In this document: positions 22,101 to 34,200 of the stretch, one piece after another | How the letters are laid out: the number at the start of each line of letters is the position of its first letter | Numbering within the stretch: position 1 is the first letter of the stretch | Assembly: GCA_965240325.2 (NCBI GenBank) | Contig: OZ251236.1 | Span: 1,054,001-1,118,000, forward strand | From: Rebecca billardiae RCC1528 | Lineage: Eukaryota; Protista; Haptophyta | Direction of reading: 5' to 3' | Length of the DNA: 64,000 nt | Position numbers and translations under genes: made by a program | Notes under the pieces: generated by a model | The model's database searches: none | What the model saw: only the letters and a program-made list of their open reading frames with translations | What the model was told of the DNA's origin: nothing

Positions 22101-23218
22101 TCCGCCCCCGCGCCCAACCCCCGTGGTGTGCACCCACGCGCGCCGCAGTACATGATTCCGTGCATCTTCACGGCCATCTGCGCGCGCGGCATCGGCGTGC
22201 GCCTCGGGCGTGGCTTCTACGAGAACCAAGTGCGCGCACTGCCGCACGCCGCCGTGCCGCCCCCGCGCGCCGCGAGGGCGGGCAGTGACAACACCCGCAG
22301 GCGGCTGGCAGTGGCACTCCTGGCAGCGCGGATGCGGAGGTCGCACGCGCGCATCTCACGCACCGCCGCGCCGCGTGGTGCGCGCAGGTGCTGGCAACCG
22401 GGCACCCATTCCTCCACCAGGAGGACGAGGTGCACCCTGAGCTCAACCTGATCACCGCCGAGGACGTGATGACCCACCATCCGGTCTGCGTGCACGGCAC
22501 CGAGCCAGCGGGCACGCTCGCGCGCACGCTCGCCTCGTGCGCGCACAACGGCTTCCCGATTGTCGACCGCGGGATCTCGGGGAAGGACGCGTTCCTGATC
22601 GGCTTCGTCACGCGCAGCCGGCTGATGACCGTGCTGCACGAGGCCCTCGAGGAGCACCGCGCCGACGACGACGCGCTGCCCCCCTCGCCGCCGCGCGGCG
22701 GCGCCGGGTCGGCCGTGTCGGCCGAGGCTGTGCTCAGCTCTCTCCAGGCCCTTGGCGTCTCCGCGGAGTTGGGGGACGCGGATGCGCTGGCGAGGACGCA
22801 CGTCGACCTGCGGCACTACTCGGACATCTGCCCGCATGTGCTGCGCGAGGTGGCGCCCATCAAGGTCGTGCTGCAGACGTTCCTCCGGCTGGGCGCACGG
22901 CACGTCACGGTCGTCGACGAGAAGGAACGCGCGGTCGGGATCATCTCGCGGGGCGACGTCACGCCAACCGTGCTGCACGGCCTGCTGCAGGGCTTGTCCA
23001 AAGAGACGCGCGAATCCCGCATCACGATCGATTCGTACGCGCGCTTGTCCACGCCCGGCGCCGCGGCGCCGAGCGGGCCGGAGGAGCTCGAGCTCCCGAG
23101 CCGCGTGCGCGAGGACGTGGCCGAGACCCCGGGCGAGACGCGCGCAGAGGACGCCCACGCGGATGGGAGTGTAGTGCCGAGCGCCGAGCCGCCCACCGCC
23201 GGCGAGCCTGCGGCGTGA
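19152..23218 (+). CDS. CLC chloride channel/antiporter with an N-terminal GAF domain and a C-terminal CBS pair; 6 exons
   Basis: GAF at ~19240-19660 (GLAGYVARTG, DPYNDPRFNKKVDLETGYTTRN, QLVNK). CLC motifs GSG, GQ|EGPMIHMG, AFLAPIAGVMFVMEE and GFYE. CBS motifs TAEDVMT, HNGFPIVD and LGARHVTVVD. Predicted GT-AG introns 20214-20333, 20664-20810, 21829-21945, 21990-22148 and 22230-22387. Confidence 0.9.
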
Positions 23219-23477
23219 GCGCTCCGCCGCCCGCGTGCATCGATCGCCCGTCGTGACATCATGCGCGAATCCATGCAAATATGACGAAGCCAGCAGAAAT
23301 TGCGCTCTGGCGATAATAAAACCAATGACCCGTCTGTCTGCCTGCGCCGGCCCCGCACGCGTCATCAGCAGCGTCGATCTGCCGCCGCGATCCACGTGGA
23401 AGGCCGACGGCGGAGCGTGCTGCGCGCTGCCCAGCAGGCGTGCGCGTACGTGCCCGAGCTCGTCGGCTCCCGCAGTG

Positions 23478-26400
23478 ATGTTGGCGCTCCTGCTCGCGAT
23501 CGGCGTATCCGCCGCGGCCGCCGCCGAGGTGTGCTTCCAGACCCGCGAGGGCGCGTCTGCCATCGCGGGCGTCGTGAACACGCCGCGCGTCGAGAGCCGG
23601 CCGGAGACCTTCTACTTTGGCGAGTACTACGAGTCCTCCGGCTGCCAGTCGGCGTGTGAACGCGAGCCCGCGTGCAAAGCCTTCACGTGGTTCTCGCACC
23701 GCGCCAACCGCCGCTTCGCCCGCCAGTGCTACGGGCGCGGAGGGAGCAAGGCCATCTCGCTCGATGCGGACACCACCGCCGTCGCCGGCGTGAAGGTGCC
23801 GTGCCCGCCTGGCGCTGGGGATGGGGCCGGGGCGTCGGAGAAGCCGAGCGCCTCCCGTGACGCTGGCGCGCAGGCGCAGCGCGGGAAGCAGGGCCTCGGC
23901 CTCGACGAGCTGCTTGCGAGCCTGCGCGGCGGCGCGGGCGGCGGCGCCGAGGGCGGCGAGCGCGAGGGCCTTCTCGGCGCGGGCGCCGGCGGCAGCGGCA
24001 GCGCTGGCGGCCAGGGCATGGGCCTCGACGCCTTGCTTCGCTCTGGCGCCGGCGGCGCCGGCACTCGCGCCGGAGCGCGCGCGGGCGCCGAGGGCGCGCC
24101 CGCGGCCGACGCGCCGCAGGGCGGCGGTGGGCGTGGCGCCGCGCCACAGGCCGACGCCGAGAAGGGCGAGATGGACTGGGCGTCCATCCTCGGGCTGGGC
24201 GGCGGGGGCGGCGGGGGCAGCGGCGAGGCTGGCGGCGCCGCCGGCCTGTCCGCCACCGCGCGAGGGGAGCGCGCCAAGCCGACGGCGCCGTCTGCCGACG
24301 GCGCGCGCGCGGGCGGCGCGGGCGGCGCCGTCGACTGGGCGCAGCTGCTGGGCGGTGGCGCGGGCGGCGCGGCACGCGCGCAGGCTGCCGGTGGCGACGC
24401 AGCCGGCGGCGGCGCGGGCGCGCGGCAGCGCGAGCTCGAGGCCCTCCTTCGAGGCTCGGCCGGCGCCGACGGCGGCGGCGGCGCGGGCGCGGACGGCAGC
24501 GGCGGCGGGTCAGACGGGCAGGCGCCGTTTGACCTTGCCACTCTCCTGAGCGGAGTGGGTGCGGGCGGGCCTGGCGCAGGCGGCAACGCCGCGGGCGGCC
24601 GCGCGCCGGGGGGCGGCGGCGGCGCCGCCGCCGACGCGTCGCGCCGCGCCCCCGAATCGCGCATGCAGGCCGGCGCCTCGGCTGGCGAGGCGCCGGACTT
24701 GGCGGCTCTGATGGCGCAGCTGCGCGCGGGCGGCGCGTCGGCCGGTGCCGGCGCGGGCGGCGCGGCCGAGGCGGCCGACGCCCCGGCGGGCGGCGGCGGC
24801 CTCGGCACGGCGCGCCAGCCCGGAGCTGGCGCCAGCGCCGGCCGCGCGGCCGGCGCCGGCGCTGCCGCCGGCTCCCCGGACGACGAGCAGATGGAGCAGA
24901 TGCTGGCTGCCCTGCTCGGCGGCAAGGGCGGCGCGGGCGCGGCCGGGCGCGCCGTCGCCGGAGGCGCCGAGGCGGGCGCAGACGTGAAGGCTCAGGTGCG
25001 CCGCGGCGCCTCTCCGCGCGCGCCGCGCGCCCAGTGGCCGGGTGGCGCTCGTCATGGAGTCGTGCACGCGTGCCCGCGCACGCCGCGTGCGCACGCGCAC
25101 CACGCGGCGCGCCCTCGCCACCGCGCACGGCCGCGCGCCGCGCGCCGCGCGCCGCGCGCCGCGCGCCGCGCCCCGCGCGCCGCGCCCCCCAGTGCACCTT
25201 TCGAGCGAGCGCCCTTGCACGCGCGCCCGGTCCCTCTGCCCCTGCGCGTGTGCGCAGCTGCGCGGCGGCGCGCTCTCGTCGGGTGGCGGTGACGGTGCGG
25301 GCAGCTCTGCCGCGACCGGGGATGGCGCCGCGCCCGACGCACCCAAGCCGGGCGGAAGTCCGGCCGCGGGGATGGCCAGCGGGCGGCGCATCTCGGCTGG
25401 CAGCCAGGGCGGTGCGGCGGGCGCCGTCCCCGCGGCCTCGACCTCCGGGGCGGCGGCAGGCGGCGGGTCCGGGGGCGGCGAGGGCGGCGGGCCCAAGAAG
25501 GTGCGCGCGCGTCGAGGGCCCCCGCGCGTGGCGCTGCGCAGGCGACCCTCGCACGCACCGTTGTGCGCGCCGCGCGTGTGGGCTCATGCCGTTCGCTGCC
25601 CGCGCCCGCGCCGCGAACCGCGCGCGCCCCGCGCCGCGCAGGGCCGCGCTGACGAGAGCCGGCCGTCGCGGCTCTCGCGCACGCACACGCCAGGCAAGCC
25701 GGTGACGATGCCGCAGCCGGACGCCTCGGTGGAGCTGCCGGGCGCGGGGTTCCGCAGGGCCGGGATGGGCGCTGCGCCGGCGCAGCCGGGTGCTGCCGCC
25801 ACGGCCGACGCGGCAGCAGCGGGCGCCGCAGGCGGTGGGAGTGGCTCGCCGGGCACGGTGGGGCGAGCGCGACAGGACACTGCAGCGGCTGCCGCTGGCA
25901 GTGGCATGGGTGGCAGCGGCGGTGGCGCGGGCGGCGGCGGCGGATGGGGCGGCATGTTCGGCGGCATGTTTGGCGGCGGCTCAGATGAGGGGGCGGGGGC
26001 GGCAGGCCCGTCGCACCAGCCGCGTGCCTCTGCGCCGGCGAGCGCGGCAGATGCGTTTGCCGGACGCGCTGCTGCCGGCGGCAGCAGCAGCTCCGGCGTG
26101 GCGGACGGGGTGGCCGCGCGCGAGCTGAGCCCAGAGGAGGCCGCCGAGGTGGCCGCGATCGAGGCTCGGTGGAAGCAGCAGGACGCGTACTGGGCGCAGA
26201 TGATGGGCGGCAGCGGTGCCGCGGCCGCCGCGGCTGGTGGCACCCAGCAGCCTCCGCGTGCGCAGCCACAGCCGCCGCAGCAGCAGCAGCCGCCGCAGCC
26301 GCAGCCGCCCGTGCATGCAACGCCCTCCCAGCAGCACATGTACCCGGGCGACGCCGCCGCTTCGGACGGCACTGGGGCGCACTTCGCTGCGCAGTGGCCA

Positions 26401-26964
26401 TCTCAACAGCCGCCGCCTCGTCACGAGCCGCCGCCGCAGCTTCGGGAGATGCAGCAGCCGCCGCAGCAGCAGCTGTCGCCACAGCAGCAGCTGTATCAGC
26501 AGCCGCCGCAGCAGCAGCAGCCGCCGCAGCAGCAGCAGCCACCGCAGCAGCAGCTGTATCAGCAGCCTCAGCAGCAGCAGCAGCCGCCGCAGCCGCAGCA
26601 GCAGCCGCCGCAGCAGCAGCAGGGCGTTGGTATGGCGGGCTACGGCAGCGGTTATGGCATGCCGGGCGGGTATGGCGGCGGCGCGTATGGCGGCTACGGG
26701 CAGCCCATCGGCGGCTCAGGTGGCGCTGTCGGGGCAGCTGCTGCGGCGGCGGCACCGGCTGGCGCGCGCTGGTACGACCCGTGGCAGCGGCAGCAGCACG
26801 GGCGCGCGCCACAACACGAGCCCGCAGCGATGCCTTCCGCGTCGTACGGGAGCCAAGGCACTGCTGGCGCCGCCGGGCAACCTGGCTACCACACATACGT
26901 CGTGCAGACGCCGCCACGCGGTCTCATCTCCATGCGCAGCTCGGCCATGGACGAGCTCGACTGA
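23478..26964 (+). CDS. Secreted PAN/Apple-domain protein with long Gly/Ala-rich and Gln/Pro-rich low-complexity regions
   Basis: Signal peptide MLALLLAIGVSAAAAA and PAN-like CQSACEREPACKAFTW..CYGR. An intron at 24996-25257 joins ORFs 23235..25292 and 25042..26964. A second intron probably starts at 25501, with an uncertain acceptor. PQQQ repeats at ~26250-26620. Confidence 0.7.
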
Positions 26965-28352
26965 CGAGCTGCCCCGGGGACGAGTGACGAGGCCCGCACC
27001 CAGGCCACCGGATGACCGGAGCAGCTTGTCAGAGTGCCAGCAGCAGTCACAGTGTGGCGACGACGCGGACGGTCAGACCGTAGTCAGACCGGGTCCGGGC
27101 GGACCGATTCCTGAGCCTGAGGCCCCGTCATGGCCACTCTCACTTCTGCGCGCAGTAGTTATTCGGATAGGCGCAGTCCAGGGCAGTGCGCGTACAGAAT
27201 TTATAACTGGCTAATGATTTACTAATGCCGAATGATTGTTTTAACTCGGCTGACAGCGGCACGCAGCCGATAACGTGCCGCCCGGGCAGGTCCCGCCTCC
27301 CGGCGGGGCAATCATGGGCATAACCGTGGTGGGTATGATGAGTGCCAGTTCCGAGTTCCGACTCCGGCGCACGGCCACTCGCCCTCGGAGCGCGGCACTA
27401 GCGCGAGAAGCGCGGTCACGCGGAATGGCCGGCGCGGGCGCGGCGGCACTCGGGCTGCCGGCTCACGCCGAGCCCGGGGCACTCTGGCAGTCTCACTCTG
27501 AGTCACCCTCCCCTCAGCAGTGTAAATACAGTGTATTGGCTGAGTGTGCGGCGGACTGGACGCCGTTTGAGCCTGCTCGTCAGCTCGGACTCACAGTCAC
27601 GCGCACTCGGAGTCGGTCACACAGGCGCCGCGGACTCGGAGACCATGCGGCGCCCCCCGGCCCCCCGGCCCCCGGCCTGATGGCTGATGATCAAGTTGCC
27701 AGTCCAGGCGGTAGCCCCTGTGGCACCGGTAGGGCGCGGAAAGTGCCTCTGCCCTCGCGGATCGCCTTCGCTGATGAACAGCGACAGGTTGATGACGACG
27801 CGGACGGAGGTCACCGATGACGACGATGTCGTGATGGGTTTGGTTTGTCTACCAACGAAGTAGATTCCTTTCATCGTCGTTCTATGATCGTGTTCTCAGA
27901 TCCCTGGTTGGTCGGAACGTTAACGAATCGCGGGCGCATATGGTTCATACGGTTAAGTTACCGGTACATTGATTATACGAGGTTAAATGACTTTGTATAC
28001 GTCGCTTACTCGCTTGGTCGTACTTTAATAAGAGTGTACAATATGATCATGTTTGAACTCATATGACGTATTCCTTTTTAGTATATTTCCCGGGCCACCC
28101 GCCCGGAACGGCACGCCGCGCGTACCCGGTACGGGGGCCGCCGGGGGCGGGTGGCCATCAAGCGCGGTTTCTCGCGTGTCCCTTGAGCTGTGGCGAGCTG
28201 CCTGGGGGGCAGCGAAGGGGCCCTAAGCCTCGTGATTCGCTGCGAGCGCTGCCGAGGGCGGGCGCAGTTAGGGAGCACCGCAGCGCGGCCGAGGGCGACG
28301 ACCGCAGGCGTCGCACGAGCCAGTGCGCGCGGGCCGCTCGGTCTGTGCCGCG

Positions 28353-29240
28353 ATGACGGCGCCTCCCACAGAGCGAAATGTAGCGGGCGGCGCGAAGGAC
28401 TCGGAGAGCGCCTCGACGACCGCGGCGGGGAAGCAGCCTGCCAGCAGCAGCGGGGGTGGCGGCGGCGGCGGCGGCGGCGGCAAGCCTAGCGGCGAGAAGC
28501 TCGCTCCGGGCGTCGAGAAGGGCGACCTGACGATGGCCGACCTCGACGTGAACGTCGTGATCACGGGCTTTTGCCACGCGCTGATTCGGCACCTGCACGC
28601 CTTCCACGTCGTCGCGAATGGGCAGGGCGTCTGGTCCACGGAGGTGCCGCCGTGCGAGACGCCCGAGTTCTCCGAGCTCGAGCGACGCTTCTACCTCGGC
28701 GACGACGGGCCGTGGACCTGCGGCGACCGCGTGCCGCCGCCGACCGACGCGCTCGCGCTCGTGTACTCGTTTGTGAAGAAGCTGTACATCGGCGTGGACC
28801 TCGAGCAGCCCGTCGTCGTGTACGCACTGGTGCTGATCGAGCGCTTCGCGCGGTGCGCGTCGCAGGTGCGCGGCGCGATCCGCATGCACACGCTGCGCCC
28901 GCTCGTGATCACCGCGTTCGTCATCTCGTGCAAGATGTACTTCGACGAGGACGTGTATGTGGGCGACTTCACGCGGCTCGCGCTCGGCGACGACGAGCGA
29001 TCCGTCGGCCCGCTGGTGAACTGCGAGAGGTCATTCCTGTACCGCATCTCGTACGTGATGGTCGTGCGGCCGCGCACGTTCGCGCAGTACTTCCGCGCGA
29101 TGAAAGACCTGACGGAGGAGACTAAGGCGGCCGCGGCCAAGCAGGAGGAGAAACGGCGGGCCTCGATGGCGGCCAGCGGCGGCGCGGACGCGTCGAAAGC
29201 GGCCTCGAGCGTCGCGGCACCGCCAGCAAAGGGAGCATGA
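28353..29240 (+). CDS. Cyclin Y/PHO80-like cyclin
   Basis: Cyclin box: VVYALVLIERF, RPLVITAFVISCKMYFDED and ERSFLYRISYVMVVRPRTFAQYF. Confidence 0.8.
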   Translation: MTAPPTERNVAGGAKDSESASTTAAGKQPASSSGGGGGGGGGGKPSGEKLAPGVEKGDLTMADLDVNVVITGFCHALIRHLHAFHVVANGQGVWSTEVPPCETPEFSELERRFYLGDDGPWTCGDRVPPPTDALALVYSFVKKLYIGVDLEQPVVVYALVLIERFARCASQVRGAIRMHTLRPLVITAFVISCKMYFDEDVYVGDFTRLALGDDERSVGPLVNCERSFLYRISYVMVVRPRTFAQYFRAMKDLTEETKAAAAKQEEKRRASMAASGGADASKAASSVAAPPAKGA

Positions 29241-29894
29241 CATCGCGGGGCGACCACCACAGGCAGCGATCCGTCCTGGATGGGAGCGCGCGTCGGTCAC
29301 GCGCGCCGCTTCTCACCGCGCCAGCTCCACCTCAGCGCGGCCGGATCGCCCCCCCCCCCCCCCGCCGACGAAGCACTGGCCGGCTGGCTGCCGCTATCGC
29401 CGGGCCGGCCAAGTCGTTCGGCACGGTCGTGCCGCGGGCACGGGCCCCGTTGGGCGGCGCGCGCCGATGTACCAGCAGACAGGCTACTACGATACGCCGC
29501 GCACGAGCGCTGTCAGCGCGGGCGGTGGCTATCCACTGTATCAGATCAAATGCTGTCAGAAGAATCGCGGCCTTAAGTCCTCGGAGCCCTCCGACTACTG
29601 GCAGTACTCCGCGAGCACGAAAGTGGCGAGATTCCGGAGCTCAGCGCAGGCCGCCAGCCGGCGTGCCTGACGCGTGCTCGCCCGGGAGATCTCAACTGAC
29701 GAAAAGGCTGATGGTGTGCAAGCATCATCAGCTGCACATTCGCGGGCATCAGAACTTATTGGAGACCGGGCGTCGAACGAATCTCGTCGAATCATACGGG
29801 GTGAAAGCGGCAGAATCTCTAATCTGTCCCAGGAATCGTTTTGATATCTCCTCGCCCGCCCTCCCGATCTCTCGACGGTGCGTTCTACCGGCAG

Positions 29895-30979
29895 CAAGGG
29901 TGGTCAGGGTCGCCGACTCCAGCGGAGCCCGGCGCCGGAGGTTCACCTCCGATTTTTTGCAGCGGCGCGGCGCGCGGGGCCGCCGCCGCTGTGGCGGGCC
30001 GCTCGGGGCGTGCACGGCGTGGGCTCGTGCGGCCGCTGCCGCGCACGCCGAGCGATCCGGCGCGGGCTCGCGGCTTGTCGATGGCCTTGCGCGCCGCAGC
30101 GCGGCGCGCGCCTTGCCTAGCTTCGCCTGTCTCGCGCCTTGGCCGCCGTGCACGCGTGCGCCGCCAAACCGCAAGCTCTGCATAGCTCTCAGCCGAGCGT
30201 GCACGTGCCTTGCGCGACGCGACGCGGGCATTGCCGGCGGGTGATGTAGCCGTAGTGCGAGCGCGCGTCGTGAAGCCTCGACGCGGATCGTGAGTGTCTT
30301 CAACGTCTCGGTCAGCTGTCGACAACAGCTGACGGCACCAACCACCAATGGACACCACGGTCCGCTCCGTTGAACGACTCTCAGGGCTATCGCGACGCTG
30401 CAACTCGTGAAGACTAGTCGAGCGTTGTTGTCAAGAAGACACACGCCACTATGACATGCGTGCGGGCCTTGCGTGACGATGCGACATGACGATCGCCCCG
30501 GCAAGAGAGTCAGTCGTCAAGCTTTGAGCACTGCTCAACGCACAGATGGTCCACGCGCGTACGCGGCATCGTCTCATTGCTCTCGATCCGCGCCGAGGCT
30601 TCACGACGCGCGCTCGCACTACGGCTACATCGCCCGCTGGCAATGCCCGCGTCGCGTCGCGCAAGGCACGTGCACGCTCGGCTGAGAGCTATGCCGAGCT
30701 TGCGGTTTGGCGGCGCACGCGTGCACGGCGGCCAAGGCGCGAGACAGGCGAAGCTAGGCAAGGCGCGCGCCGCGCTGCGGCGCGCGAGGCCATCGACAAG
30801 CCGCGAGCCCGCGCCGGATCGCTCGGCGTGCGCGGCAGCGGCCGCACGAGCCCACGCCGTGCACGCCCCGAGCGGCCCGCCACAGCGGCGGCGGCCCCGC
30901 ACGCCGCGCCGCCGCAAAAAATCGGAGGTGAAGTTCCGGCGCCGGACTCCGCTGGAGTCGGCGACCCTGACCACCCTTG
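29895..30979. mobile_element. Foldback element copy 1 (396-bp inverted arms, 293-bp spacer, 7-bp TSD)
   Basis: Arms at 29895-30290 and 30584-30979 with termini CAAGGG...CCCTTG. Direct repeat CCGGCAG at 29888-29894 and 30980-30986. Confidence 0.85.
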
Positions 30980-31219
30980 CCGGCAGCGTGGTTTGCCGTG
31001 CGTGCGGACTCCTGACCACCAATCGCTGGGCAGTGGTTCCGGAATCCGGGTGAGAGAGCCATGGAGTTTTCTCGGCAAGACGACGCGCGTGACGAATCAC
31101 GAACGGGCCCATGGCCCCCGGGCGTAACCCCTCCGCGGGCGTGGGCGCGTGAATCCCACCCAGGCCGATCCTGCGGCAGTGCCCGCGCCGGCACGGCGCG
31201 CCAGCGCACGCAGCTCGGG

Positions 31220-34200
31220 ATGGAGTCTGACGGCGAGCTGCCCGAGCGGCGCCAGGTCCTCACCTTCGCCGCCGGCGCGCGCGCGATCCGGCTGTCGTTG
31301 CCTCCGGCGCGGACGAGCGTCGCGAGCAGCGACGAGGACGGGGGCGGACCGAGCGAGCCTGAGAGCGTGCCGAAGCGGCGTGGGCGGCCGTTTGAGCTTG
31401 ACGTCGACGACACCGACGACACCGACGAGCTGCTGCCCCCGCGCCGCGGCAGCGACACCGGCTGGCTGCAAGGGCCGGAGGCGGACGGCCGCACGCGCCG
31501 CAGCAGCTGGCAGCTCGCGCGGGATGCCGGGCCGACATCGAAGCGCGCGGCGATGCGCGCGCTCGGCCACTTTGACAGCCGGCGGCGGCGCCCCTCGCGC
31601 ACCCCTTCCGAGCGCGAGTCCGAGCGCCGCGCGCGCGACTCCGTCGACCTCGCGAGCGTCGGCTCGTCGGGCGCCGGGCTGCGTGCGGACCGGGCTGATC
31701 ACGACGGCACGGGCGTGCGCTCGCCCTTCTTCAGCGAGCTGCAGGGCGGGCTCGAGGCGGGCGCGCGCTCGCTCGCGTACGCGCCGGACGGCTCGTTCCT
31801 CGTCGCCGCCGGCGCCGACGGCTCCGTCGCCGTGTGGCGCCCGCCGCTCCAGCCGCGCTCGGCGCGCTCGTCGGGCGAATCGGCAGCCGACAACCGGCGC
31901 AGCTTTGCGGCGGGCGAGCGCGGCTCGGGCGCCACGCCGCGCCGGCCGCGCACGCCGGGCAGCGCGCGCAGCAGCGCGCGCAGCTCGATGAGCGGCGGCG
32001 CGCCCGCCGCGCGCAACTCGACGGGCGTCGCCGCCGGCGCCTCCGCCCCGCCGCCCGTCGCCACCGGGCCGGCGGAGGACTCGGCGCACTCTCTGGCGCT
32101 GGCGATGCGGCTCTTCACGACGGCGCCGCTCGCGCCGCCCACGGACGACCCGGCGCTGGGCGCGGCGATGCCGCTCTCGCCGGTGAAGGAGGTGCGCCGC
32201 TCGGGCCCGCCGCGCCCCGCGCGCTTCGGCGCGGCCGCCACCGCCGCCGCCGTCGACGAGGGCCCGCTCCCCGAGCGCGCGGAGGCGGCAGTGCTCTCGG
32301 TCGCCGCCGTGCCCGACAGCCGTCGGTTCTGCGCGGCGCGCGCCGACGGCTCGGTGGCGGTGGTGAACGCGATGGACGGGCGCGTGGTGCAGGTGCTGTG
32401 CGGCCGGGAGGAGGCGGGGCACCACAACGGCCGGGCGAACGCGGTGGCCGTCGACGCGCGCGCCGAGCTCGTCGCCTCCGCGGGCGAGGACGGCACGGTG
32501 GCCGTGTGGCGGCTCGGCCGAATGAGCTCGGCGCTCGGCGGCGGTGCGTCGATGGGCGGGCGGCAGAAGACTGCGGGCGGAGGCGGCGGCCTTGGCGGCC
32601 TGCTGCGCGCGCGCACGAGCGCGCCGCCCACGCCGAGCGGCGCGGTGCCGCCGGCGCCGCCCGGCTCGTCGAAGAGCACGCGCCCGAGCTTCGCCGACGG
32701 CGGGCCGCGGTTTGGCGGTGTGCGGCGCACGCTCGCACACCCCGCGGGCGGCGCCGAGGGCGGCGCGCGCCGCCCGACCGCGCTCAGCGACACCGGCGGC
32801 GGCGCGCCGCCTCCGGGCGAGGACGCCGACGCGGTCGAGGTGCTCGGCGGCGAGGGCGGCGCGTGCGCGTGCGCCGAGGCGGCGCCCATGCGCACGCGCT
32901 CCGTCGTCGCGCCGCCGCCGCCGCCGCTGCGCAGCTTCGGGTTTGGGGGCGTCCGCGCCACCTCGTCCGCGGAGCTCTCGGCAGCGGGCGGCGGCGCAGA
33001 CTCGGAGCTGGCGAGCGCCGAGGGCGGCGGGACCGCGACGGCGGGGAGCTCGTGCGAGCGGCTGGGCGAGGGCACGGAGGAGGGCTCGGGCGGCGGCGCC
33101 GCCGAGCTGCTCGTCGCGAGCATGACGCGCACGCCGCTGCACTCGCACGGATGGCACTCTCGGCGCGTGCTGGCTGTGGCCTTCGCGCCTGACGGGCGGC
33201 TGGCGTCGGGCGGCGCGGACGCGCGCGTGTTCGTGTGCGACGCGCAGGGCGGCGCGCTGCTGCACATGCTCGAGCTGGCGCACGACGAGGAGGAGGTCGC
33301 GCAGACGCCCTCGCGCCTCGGCGCCACCCCGTCCCACTCGCCCGACGGCCCGAGCCCCGGCGGCGGGCGCGCGCGGCTCCGCCGCCCGTCGCGCACGAAC
33401 TCTCGCGCTGCGCGCGCGTCGCCGCGCGCGGCCGCGCTCGCCGAGGTGGAGTCGGAAGTGCTGCCGACGGCGGGGTCGGGCGTGCAGCGCGCGGACTCGG
33501 TGCTCAAGCCGAGCGCGCTGCCGATGCGCCGCAAGTCCTCCGCCGCCTCCGCCTCGCCGCCGCGCGTCGACTCGTCCGGCGCGCGCGTCTCGCCGTTGCG
33601 TAGCCGCTCGGGCGGCGGTCCTGATCCGGACTATTTTGCGTCCGGTGGCGCCGACGGCGGCGGCGGCGCGCAGCGGCGCTCGACGAGCGGCGGCGGGCGG
33701 AGCACGAGCGGCGGGCGCGGCGTCGCGAGCGGCGGCGGCGGCGGCGCCGGCGCCGCCGCGCGCACCAGCCGCGCGCGCGACTCGGACGCGGACGGCGTCG
33801 CCTCCCTCGCGTTTGCTCCAGACGACGGCGGCACGTTGCTCGCGGTCGGGTGCATGGACGGGCTTGTGATTCTTTTTAATTCGCGGCTGGGCGAGCGGCT
33901 GCGCACGCTGGACGGGCACCTCTCCGCGGTGACGTCGGTCGACTGGAGCGGCCACGCGCCCACGCTGCTCGCCTCGGGCTCGGCGGACAAGCAGGTCCTT
34001 CTGTGGGATCCGCACACGGGCACGCTGCTGCGGCGGCTCTCCCCGCGGCCCTCCGCTGTGCTGGCGGTGCGGTTCGCGCCGCCGCCGATCCGGCTGCACC
34101 TCGCGGTGGCGACGGACGGCTCGTCGCCGTGCCTCTTCGACCTGGCGAGCCCGGCGCAGCTCGAGACGCTCCAGCCCGAGATGGGCGCGGGCGGCTGGGT

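Noticed and set aside
27200-28300. Short ORFs in AT-richer intergenic DNA
   Set aside because: No motifs and atypical codon usage.
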